NCBI GenBank assembly: GCA_963677925.2
Contig: CAXXYH010000003.1
Coordinates: 1,792,001-1,856,000 of the forward strand
Direction of reading: 5' to 3'
DNA: 64,000 nucleotides
Source of the DNA: Spirochaetia bacterium
GTDB lineage: Bacteria; Spirochaetota; Spirochaetia; UBA9216
The notes beneath the pieces are model-generated. The model made no database searches. It was not told the origin of the DNA and saw only the letters and a list, made by a program, of their open reading frames with translations. A program made the translations under genes and the position numbers. Positions 28,009 through 35,830 of the stretch are shown here, piece after piece (positions within the stretch are counted from its first letter, which is position 1; every line of letters starts with the position of its first letter).

Positions 28009-28863
28009 TTAAATTAATTGATCTTCCAACTCTTTGTAGGTTAAATCAGGGTGGATTCCGATTCTCGACATACTAAAATCATATCTTACAGGATCCCCTT
28101 TGTCAAACTTTTTGAGGCTGTCAGTTATTTCAACGGCAGTTGTAAAATCTGCACTCTTTCTATTAGTGAGTCCCAGAAAGGTACTCACCTTCATTACATG
28201 GGTATCCACCGGGATAATCAGCTGGGATTTGTCCAGTTTCCACCCGCCCGGATCGATATTATCTGATCTTACCATCCATCGCAGAAAAAGGCTCTGTCTC
28301 TTGCAGGCGCTTCCACAGTCCGGGTTGGCGATAACGCTACGTCCCTCAGGGCGTTCACCGGCTGATTCACTGCAGCCGGATACTAACTTACCAGGCCTGC
28401 TGTAAATACTTTTATATATATTCCCGAGCCCCGCAGGAACAAGACCTGTATCAGGAGTCTTCTCAACGCCTGCGGAGAAGCAGTTCTCCAGAGAACCATA
28501 CTCAATATATATCCTGCGAAGACCGGCAAGGAATTTTCCAATATCAGATTCAGAATAAAACCGATACTTCATCCCCGCAGCCAGAGCCGTCAGCTCTGCC
28601 TCTGAACGGTTCACTAGCCCATCATAAGGACTGCCGAGACGTAAAAAAAGTTTTTCAAGAAAATCGAGGATCGCGTTTACACGGCCAAGTGCAAATGCAG
28701 CTGAAATAAAGGCCGAAGCTTCTATATCCTTAAAATCTGTATACCTAAGGGGAAAAATCAAGGGGTCCGGATTTATATACTCCGCTTTATGATACTTCCT
28801 GTAAAATCGTTCCAGTATTTCTGCTGTCTGCTCTTCGGTGAGATTTCTTACCGGTTTTGTCAT
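28009..28863 (-). CDS. TIGR02757 / DUF2400-family protein
   Basis: [37 protein letters not shown]. Confidence 0.88.
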   Translation of the reverse strand: MTKPVRNLTEEQTAEILERFYRKYHKAEYINPDPLIFPLRYTDFKDIEASAFISAAFALGRVNAILDFLEKLFLRLGSPYDGLVNRSEAELTALAAGMKYRFYSESDIGKFLAGLRRIYIEYGSLENCFSAGVEKTPDTGLVPAGLGNIYKSIYSRPGKLVSGCSESAGERPEGRSVIANPDCGSACKRQSLFLRWMVRSDNIDPGGWKLDKSQLIIPVDTHVMKVSTFLGLTNRKSADFTTAVEITDSLKKFDKGDPVRYDFSMSRIGIHPDLTYKELEDQLI

Positions 28864-28947
28864 ATAGATAAATTAAGGACTTTATTCAGGAAATTCAAGT
28901 ACAAATAATAATTTTATATAATTATATAGAATATTAACCATATACTA

Positions 28948-28992
28948 ATAAAAACGGTTTAAGACAGTTTTTATAGCTGCTGCCTTAAACCG
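28948..28992 (-). terminator. Probable terminator closing the nqr-like operon
   Basis: CGGTTTAAG...CTTAAACCG stem with U-rich tail on the minus strand. Confidence 0.6.
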
Positions 28993-29030
28993 CATTATAA
29001 TGCTGATATGATAGTGTGCTTATAAAAGCT

Positions 29031-29492
29031 TCAAATCTTTATGTCCTTTAAAAACAGCAGAACTTCCGGGTCAAGCCTGAAGAAACTGCCCTTCCCCTGA
29101 AAAAAACCGTGTTCCCTAATCAGGTGAATACCCAGATCAGTATAGAACATTTCTTCTTCGGTTTTTTTATTTGCCACGGTTATAACCGTTTTACGGAACA
29201 GCCCCGGATGATCAAAAGGACATGGAAGCTTGCCGCGTACAGAATCGGCTTTTACCATATAGTCACCCGAGATGCTGATAAAATCACCAAAGCCCTCAAG
29301 TGCTTTTTCCCGCAGGGCTTCCAGACTGTCGGCAATTTCATCACGAGTCAGCCCGATTTTTTCGAGAGTCATTGCATCATGATCGATTATCTCTTCGATG
29401 CTGCGGGAATCTTCACCCATAAAACCGTTAAGAGAAATAACTCCGGGTTTCATGTTTTCTATAATTTTATGCATTGCAGGATTTTCTTTCAT
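29031..29492 (-). CDS. Hypothetical soluble protein, last gene of the nqr-like operon
   Basis: GGAGGT SD; 15 bp after the nqrF-like stop; motifs LPCPFDH and IHLIREHGFFQG. Confidence 0.8.
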   Translation of the reverse strand: MKENPAMHKIIENMKPGVISLNGFMGEDSRSIEEIIDHDAMTLEKIGLTRDEIADSLEALREKALEGFGDFISISGDYMVKADSVRGKLPCPFDHPGLFRKTVITVANKKTEEEMFYTDLGIHLIREHGFFQGKGSFFRLDPEVLLFLKDIKI

Positions 29493-29507
29493 TTCTACCT
29501 CCGATCA

Positions 29508-30617
29508 TTAGGCGAATTTGTCATAATAAATCAGTTCTTCCGGAACACCCTTGGATGTCAGGACTTTTACACAGGCATCAATCATTCCGGGACTTCCGCA
29601 GAGATATGCTTCTACATTATCCCCGGAAGCAAGTGAATCAGCCACTGCATCGGTAACAAAACCGGTAGCCCCGTCCCAGTTATCCTCTTCAGATGGTTCG
29701 GATAATACCGGAATATATTTATAGTTTGGAAGCTTCTCACTGATTGCAGCCATTTCATCAGGAAGGACTAAATCTTTGCGGGTACGCGCTCCATAAAAAT
29801 ACTTTACATTCCGCTGGTTTCCGTTTTCTGCCATATCCAGCAGGATTGATTTAATCGGGGCATTTCCCGAACCTCCGGCGATACAGATGATATCCCGTTC
29901 GGTATCACGAAGAAAGAAATCACCGTATGGACCGTTCACAGTAACCTTATCACCCTCTTTTAGGAACTGGTGAACGTATGTAGTGCAAATTCCATTTGGA
30001 ACAAGACGAATCTCAAGCTCTACACTATCCTTCACAGATGGAGATGAAGAAATTGAGTAGGCCCGAAATACTGATTCATCGCTGAGTTTATATTCGGGAG
30101 TCATTATCTGGACAAACTGACCGGCCTTGAAGTTGATATCCTCGGGCTTGAGAAGCTTGAAAGTGATTTCCTTGATATCATGCGTAAGATCCTTGATGCT
30201 GGCAACCTCGGTCTGATACTGACGCACACTGAACAGCTCTTCAGGAATTTTGATCTCCATGTCATTCTTAACTTTAACCTGACAAGAAAGCCTTATCTTC
30301 TCAGCCTGCTCCTCCTTGCTTATCCAGGGAAGCTCGGTAGGCAGATACTGACCCGCGCCGTCAAGAACCCTGACCTTGCAGAGCCCGCATGAGCCGCGGC
30401 CGCCGCAGGCTGACGGAATAAATATCTCCTTCTCCATGAGCGTAGAAAGCAGGGTTCGTCCGCCCTTGACGGTGATATCCTTTTTGCCGTTGATATTGAT
30501 GTTAACCTCACCATAATTGGCAATGAAAGCATCTGCAACAACAAGAATTACCGCTAAAATTACTGTCAGGGCTGTAATGGCCCCGATGCTTATTAAAAGT
30601 GCTGATACAGAAAACAT
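29508..30617 (-). CDS. nqrF: NqrF-like 2Fe-2S / FAD / NAD(P)H reductase subunit with N-terminal TM anchor
   Basis: PSACGGRGSCGLC..RLSCQ, RAYSISS, GICT, GPYGDF, AGGSGNAP, YLCGSPGM. Confidence 0.8.
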   Translation of the reverse strand: MFSVSALLISIGAITALTVILAVILVVADAFIANYGEVNININGKKDITVKGGRTLLSTLMEKEIFIPSACGGRGSCGLCKVRVLDGAGQYLPTELPWISKEEQAEKIRLSCQVKVKNDMEIKIPEELFSVRQYQTEVASIKDLTHDIKEITFKLLKPEDINFKAGQFVQIMTPEYKLSDESVFRAYSISSSPSVKDSVELEIRLVPNGICTTYVHQFLKEGDKVTVNGPYGDFFLRDTERDIICIAGGSGNAPIKSILLDMAENGNQRNVKYFYGARTRKDLVLPDEMAAISEKLPNYKYIPVLSEPSEEDNWDGATGFVTDAVADSLASGDNVEAYLCGSPGMIDACVKVLTSKGVPEELIYYDKFA

Positions 30618-30627
30618 CGAAACCTCC

Positions 30628-31215
30628 CTAACTTATATTTATCATTCCGGAAAAACCCATAAAGGCAAGGGCCATCATTCCGGCTATGATCAGCGTGATT
30701 CCCGGACCTTCAAGACCTTTAGGAACCGGAGCTGATGCTATCTTTTTCCTGATTCCGGCCATCGCAAGAATGGCAAGAAACCAGCCTACACCGCTTCCCA
30801 GTCCAAAGAAAAATGAAGAAATCAGATCATAATCACGGATTACCATAAAAAGGCTGACACCAAGGATAGCACAGTTTACAGTAATGAGCGGCAGAAAGAT
30901 TCCAAGTGCGGCATACAGACCTTCACTGACTCTTTCAATTATCATTTCAACCAGCTGAACAAAAGCGGCTATAACAACGATAAATACAATAAACCGAAGA
31001 TATTCCAGTCCAAGAGGTATCAGCAGGTAGTGATAGACTATCCAGTTTAAAAGTGTGGTCACAGCCATTACAAAGATGACCGCAGCGCCCAGACCTGTTG
31101 ATGTCTTAATTTCCTTTGAAACAGACAGAAAGGAACACATTCCAAGATAATTAGCAAGCAGAATGTTTCCGGTAAAAATTGAGCCGAAGAAAATGGCTAC
31201 TGGAAGCATGTTCAT
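30628..31215 (-). CDS. nqrE: NqrE/RnfA-family membrane subunit
   Basis: YLGMCSFL, LGIFLPLITVNCAILG. Confidence 0.8.
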   Translation of the reverse strand: MNMLPVAIFFGSIFTGNILLANYLGMCSFLSVSKEIKTSTGLGAAVIFVMAVTTLLNWIVYHYLLIPLGLEYLRFIVFIVVIAAFVQLVEMIIERVSEGLYAALGIFLPLITVNCAILGVSLFMVIRDYDLISSFFFGLGSGVGWFLAILAMAGIRKKIASAPVPKGLEGPGITLIIAGMMALAFMGFSGMINIS

Positions 31216-31805
31216 TCTGACCTCCCTTTAACTATCCAGATAAAGATTGCCAGCATGAAGAAAGCACCGGGCGGCATAATCATGATTGCCCAGTTCGTCC
31301 ACCAGCTTCCGAAAACACTGATTCCCAGGATTGTTCCCGAGCCCAGCAGTTCCCTGAAAAAAGCAATTATTATCAGTACATATGAATAGCCGATTCCCGA
31401 TGCAAGACCGTCGATAAGACTCAGGCCCGGGGGATTGCTGGCAGCGAAGGCCTCCATACGGCCCATTACAATACAGTTGGTGATGATAAGTCCGACATAG
31501 GGTCCCAGCTGCTTCGAAATCTCGGGCAGATAGGCCTTAAGCACTATATCTACAATAATTACATATGTTGCAATGATGAGTGTTTCAACCATCATTCTGA
31601 TTCTGCCCGGTATAACCTTTCGAAGGGCTGAAAATGTGAATGATGAGAGTGCTGTTGTAAACAGAACTCCAAGTGTCATTACAATTGTATTTTCAAGTTT
31701 GTTTGTTACCGCAAGGGTTGAGCATATTCCCAGAATCTGTACAAAAACAGGGTTATCCTTTCCAAGCGGCGATATGAAGGTCTTAGCGATTTTTCCTGAT
31801 GCCAT
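31212..31805 (-). CDS. nqrD: NqrD/RnfE-family membrane subunit
   Basis: DNPVFVQILGICSTLAVT, YVGLIITNCIVMGR, PPGAF. Confidence 0.8.
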   Translation of the reverse strand: MASGKIAKTFISPLGKDNPVFVQILGICSTLAVTNKLENTIVMTLGVLFTTALSSFTFSALRKVIPGRIRMMVETLIIATYVIIVDIVLKAYLPEISKQLGPYVGLIITNCIVMGRMEAFAASNPPGLSLIDGLASGIGYSYVLIIIAFFRELLGSGTILGISVFGSWWTNWAIMIMPPGAFFMLAIFIWIVKGRSE

Positions 31806-32404
31806 TACATTACCTCCTTTTCAATCTCTACGGCCTTTTCAACAGCCCTGTTAAAGATATCAAGAACATAGCCGCTGGTACGGGAAGCACCGGTAATGGC
31901 ATCTATCTCGGTATCAGTTGTCGGGGAACCTTCTGGAACCATAGTCAAAGGTCCGGTCTTACCGCGAAGCTGTTCCTTGAACCAGGTTTCAGTTATTCTG
32001 GCTCCCAGTCCGGGAGTTTCATTCTGATCAGTAAACTCTACACCGGCAAAAGTTTTGAAATCAGGTTCAAAGGCTGTTACGGCCTCTATAGTACCCCAGA
32101 GCCCGGGCCCTGAGATTATAAAAGCATAGGCATCAGGATTGCCGTCAGAGCCCTTTATTATAAAAATACCGTTCTGCTCGGAGACCCTTTGTGAATACAG
32201 CTCATTTACAGCCGCATTAGACTCAGGAACTTCAACACCGCCAGCGTAGAGAACCGCTTTTTTCTGAAAAAGGCCGTTGTTTGCAGTAACGGTATCAAGT
32301 GTTGCAAGGTATATGCCCGATATGATTGCAATACAGATGATTGTAATAACAGCCATCACAACAACAGGTTTAATTCTTTCTGCATAAAATCCGTCTTTTT
32401 TCAT
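31805..32404 (-). CDS. nqrC: NqrC/RnfG-family FMN-binding subunit
   Basis: N-terminal TM; GPGLWG, ETPGLGARI, DAITGASRTS flavinylation motif. Confidence 0.8.
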   Translation of the reverse strand: MKKDGFYAERIKPVVVMAVITIICIAIISGIYLATLDTVTANNGLFQKKAVLYAGGVEVPESNAAVNELYSQRVSEQNGIFIIKGSDGNPDAYAFIISGPGLWGTIEAVTAFEPDFKTFAGVEFTDQNETPGLGARITETWFKEQLRGKTGPLTMVPEGSPTTDTEIDAITGASRTSGYVLDIFNRAVEKAVEIEKEVM

Positions 32405-33366
32405 GCCTTTGCACCTGCCTTTTTCTTTTTCTTGTACTCCTTCATATAATGATCAAGAAGCGGCGCAAACATGTTTGCAAGCAGAATTGCGAAGGTTGTT
32501 GCCTCAACCCATATCGAGAAAAGCCTTATTAAAGCGATTAAAACACCGATCAGCGCTCCGTAAATCCAGCGTCCGGTATCGGTTGTCTGCGACGACGAAA
32601 TGGGGTCTGTAGCCATAAAGACCATTCCATAGAGAAGGCTTCCGCTCAGCAGCCCGTAAACAGGATTTACAGCACCTTCCAGGCCGCCAAAGTAGAAAGC
32701 AGCCTGAATTACAAGGTAACCGACAATACCTGAAAGTATTATTCTGAAGTTTGCCGCTTTTTTGTAGATCAAAAAGATACCGGCAATAATAATCAGCAGG
32801 GCGCTGGTCTCGCCCAGAGAACCGGAAACATTGCCGAGAAGCAGATTCATTAGCGGAGTATCTGTCCCGGCTGCAAAATTTGCTATCGGAGTGGCCTTGG
32901 AAACTGCATCAGCACCGTTAAGCCACTGCGCAAAACCTCCGGGAAAGCCCGAAGAAACCGGAACAAAGCCTGAGGTCATCGGTACACCAAAGCTGATATA
33001 TATAAAAGCACGGCCCGAAATAGCAGGATTGAAGACATTCCGTCCGAATCCGCCGAATACCATCTTTCCGAAAACAACGCCGAAGACAATACCGGCAACT
33101 GCTATCCAGTAAGGAACAGCTGGTGGTAGAGAAAGGGCGAAAAGAAAGTTGGTTACAAAAACAGCTGACGAAACCTGCTTTTTATAGATCTTTGCGAAGA
33201 TATACTCACTTAAAAATCCTGCGATATTTACAATTAACAGAACAGAGAGGGCTCTCCATCCGAAAAAGTAAATTGACAGCACCGCAACAGGAATAAGAGA
33301 GTACACTACCTGGAACATTACCTTCTGCCGCATGATTAACGGCTTTTTTTTATCTGTTGTTGCCAT
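32401..33366 (-). CDS. nqrB: NqrB/RnfD-family membrane subunit (start revised to MATTDKK)
   Basis: KMVFGGFGRNVFNPA, DAVSKATP, GSLGETS, FMATDP, AILLANMFAPLLD; TTGACA-17-GAAGAT-6-ATG supports the start at 33366. Confidence 0.75.
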   Translation of the reverse strand: MATTDKKKPLIMRQKVMFQVVYSLIPVAVLSIYFFGWRALSVLLIVNIAGFLSEYIFAKIYKKQVSSAVFVTNFLFALSLPPAVPYWIAVAGIVFGVVFGKMVFGGFGRNVFNPAISGRAFIYISFGVPMTSGFVPVSSGFPGGFAQWLNGADAVSKATPIANFAAGTDTPLMNLLLGNVSGSLGETSALLIIIAGIFLIYKKAANFRIILSGIVGYLVIQAAFYFGGLEGAVNPVYGLLSGSLLYGMVFMATDPISSSQTTDTGRWIYGALIGVLIALIRLFSIWVEATTFAILLANMFAPLLDHYMKEYKKKKKAGAKA

Positions 33367-33472
33367 ACTTCTATCTTCTTTGATTTTGCAAACATTGTCA
33401 ATTTTAATATTCAGATAAAACGCCACTATATCAGTAGTTGACCCGTGCCATCAAATAATAGAGAATGTATAT

Positions 33473-33823
33473 ATGATAACTCTTGAACAAGTTTCCGGAA
33501 ATCTTGAATGTAAAACATACAACCAGAGCAGTAACTTTAAAAATGCCGGAATTGAAAACATAGTCGCAAGCGATCTGATGAGCGAAGTCCTTGTCGCAGA
33601 AGAAGAAGGGCTCCTGCTTATTACTGCACTCAATACAGAACAGACCCTGAGAACTGCACATATAGTCGATGCCGTTGGGATTCTGCTTGTGAACGGAAAG
33701 ACCCCCCAGCCCGGAATGATAAAACTGGCTGACGAATTTGATATCACCCTGATCTCAACCAGGACCTCTATGTTCAGAGCCTGTGCCGCGCTCGGCAGAA
33801 TGATGGATGAGGGACAGCATTGA
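33473..33823 (+). CDS. DRTGG-domain protein
   Basis: ASDLMSEVL..LLITAL..QTLRTA..LVNGKTP..SMFRAC. Confidence 0.85.
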   Translation: MITLEQVSGNLECKTYNQSSNFKNAGIENIVASDLMSEVLVAEEEGLLLITALNTEQTLRTAHIVDAVGILLVNGKTPQPGMIKLADEFDITLISTRTSMFRACAALGRMMDEGQH

Positions 33824-34749
33824 AAAAACTGATTCCTGTTTATCAGAATCAGCCGCTTGCGGTACTTGAGTTAATCCAGGGACATAAAATAAAGGATATA
33901 ATGTCCAGGAACCCGACCTCTGTACCGGGAACAACTACAATGAAAGAGGTCAAGCAGCTGATGAAAGAACGCTCAATTAGCGGTGTTCCTGTACTGAAAA
34001 ACCGAAGACTTGTCGGAATAATCAGCGTCGAAGATCTTCTCAATGCTCTTGAAGCAGGACGGATGAATGATCCGGTTGAAAAGCACATGTCAAGAAATCT
34101 TGTAGTCCTGGAAGAAATGATGCCTGTCAGGTTTGCAATTGATTACTTTGAAAACTACAATTACGGACGTTTCCCGGTTCTTAACGAAAAGAAAGAGCTT
34201 ACAGGCATCATCACCAGCCGCGATATTATCATGCACATGATCAAGGTAATGAATGAGGAGATTCAGCGCCTTGAAGAACTGGCTAAAGACGGCGCACAGA
34301 CAGAAATCGGCAATATTGTCCGGCGGTTTGCAATCCTTCAGAATGATTTCAAGAATGCGGGAAAGGCATCAATCGAGATTAAAAATATTCTCAAAGAACA
34401 CAACATAAACCGGAAAATTATCCGGGCAACCGCAACAGCTGTTTACGAACTTGAAATAAATCAGGTAGTACATTCGATGGGTGGAGAAATTCTGTGCAGG
34501 ATAACCGACAAGTATGTTGAAATACTTGCACGTGACCGAGGACCGGGGATCCCTGATGTTGAGAAGGCAATGACTCCGGGATTTTCAACGGCAACCGACT
34601 GGATCCGGACCCTTGGATTCGGTGCCGGAATGGGTCTGCCCAATATAAAGAGGGTATCCGATGAATTCACTCTGGAGACTTCTGAATCAGGAACAGAAAT
34701 AAGGGTAGTTGTATATATCCCGGATGACAATGCTGAAAAAACGTTATAG
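33820..34749 (+). CDS. CBS-pair domain fused to RsbT/RsbW-type Ser/Thr kinase (HATPase)
   Basis: Two CBS repeats (IMSRNP..ISGVPV..LVGII; HMSRN..GRFPV..LTGII); YELEINQVVH, DRGPGIPD, GFSTA, GAGMGLPNIKR. Confidence 0.88.
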   Translation: MKKLIPVYQNQPLAVLELIQGHKIKDIMSRNPTSVPGTTTMKEVKQLMKERSISGVPVLKNRRLVGIISVEDLLNALEAGRMNDPVEKHMSRNLVVLEEMMPVRFAIDYFENYNYGRFPVLNEKKELTGIITSRDIIMHMIKVMNEEIQRLEELAKDGAQTEIGNIVRRFAILQNDFKNAGKASIEIKNILKEHNINRKIIRATATAVYELEINQVVHSMGGEILCRITDKYVEILARDRGPGIPDVEKAMTPGFSTATDWIRTLGFGAGMGLPNIKRVSDEFTLETSESGTEIRVVVYIPDDNAEKTL

Positions 34750-34758
34750 AATAAGAAC

Positions 34759-35097
34759 ATGAAAATCAGCGAATTACAGGAAAAACTCGGATATACCATT
34801 CTTACGGCTATGCCTGATAAAAAGATTCTGAATGCATACACATCAGATCTTCTCAGTGATGTGATGGGAAATGCAGCAGATGATTCTGTCCTGATAACCA
34901 TTCAGGCTCATAAAAATACAATAGCAGTAGCCTCACTTGCAGGAATAAATGCAATAATACTCTGCAACGGACGGAAACCTCCCGAGGATATGCTCCCCGC
35001 AGCAGAACAGGAAGGCATTGCAGTATTAAGCACTTCAGTGAACCAGTTCGAAGCTTCTGTGGATGTGGCAAAAGCCCTTAACCTCTGCGGCTGCTGA
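34759..35097 (+). CDS. DRTGG-domain protein
   Basis: YTSDLLSDVMG..LITIQAHKNTIAVASL. Confidence 0.85.
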   Translation: MKISELQEKLGYTILTAMPDKKILNAYTSDLLSDVMGNAADDSVLITIQAHKNTIAVASLAGINAIILCNGRKPPEDMLPAAEQEGIAVLSTSVNQFEASVDVAKALNLCGC

Positions 35098-35100
35098 ACA

Positions 35101-35823
35101 TTGCCGGAATTTAAAGCAGATCTGCACATCCACTCATGCCTCAGTCCATGCGGAAGCCTGGATATGTCGCCGTCGCTGATTGCCGGCGAACTGAAGAAAC
35201 AGAACTTTAAAATTGCAGCCCTCACCGACCACAATTCGGCACTTAACTGCGCGGCTTTTGAAAAATGCTGCCGCCTGCTTGATATAGTACCTATAAGCGG
35301 AATTGAGGTTACGACTGTAGAAGAGTCCCATGTTGTATGCCTTTTCAACAGTGCAGGAACAGCGGAAGAACTGGGAAGGCTTGTCTATTCAAAACTTCCC
35401 GAAGTTCAGAATGTGGCGGAAAAGTTCGGCGATCAGGTAGCCGTTGACGAGGACGAAAACATTATAGCAGAGGTAGATAAATACCTGCTGAGTGCATCAG
35501 AGCTCAGCCTTGATGATCTTTACGACGCCGTCACTGCCCTGGGAGGACTCTTCATTCCTGCTCATATAAACAGACCTGTTTTCAGCATCCCTTCTCAGCT
35601 AGGGTTCCTTCCCGACATGAATTATTCCGCTGTTGAAGTAACAAAACTTCCCTGTGAAACCGATCTAAAAAATTATACAGTGATAGTCAATTCCGATGCA
35701 CACTACCCCCATAACATAGGAAACAGATACAGCATATATGAAAGCGGCGACATTTCCTTTGAAGGTTTGAAAATTTCTATGAAAAAAGGACTGGTATCCA
35801 CTATAATTCAGTCAGGAGTATAA
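35101..35823 (+). CDS. PHP-family phosphoesterase
   Basis: DLHIHSCLSPC, LTDHN, GIEVTT, PAHINR, NSDAH. Confidence 0.9.
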   Translation: MPEFKADLHIHSCLSPCGSLDMSPSLIAGELKKQNFKIAALTDHNSALNCAAFEKCCRLLDIVPISGIEVTTVEESHVVCLFNSAGTAEELGRLVYSKLPEVQNVAEKFGDQVAVDEDENIIAEVDKYLLSASELSLDDLYDAVTALGGLFIPAHINRPVFSIPSQLGFLPDMNYSAVEVTKLPCETDLKNYTVIVNSDAHYPHNIGNRYSIYESGDISFEGLKISMKKGLVSTIIQSGV

Positions 35824-35830
35824 TTCTGAC

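Noticed and set aside
33367-33426. Longer N-terminus for the NqrB-like protein, and a weak Rex-like 18-mer (TTTTGCAAACATTGTCAA)
   Set aside because: This stretch contains the TTGACA-17-GAAGAT promoter. The Rex match is only 10/14 in AT-rich DNA and overlaps the -35, so it is not claimed.
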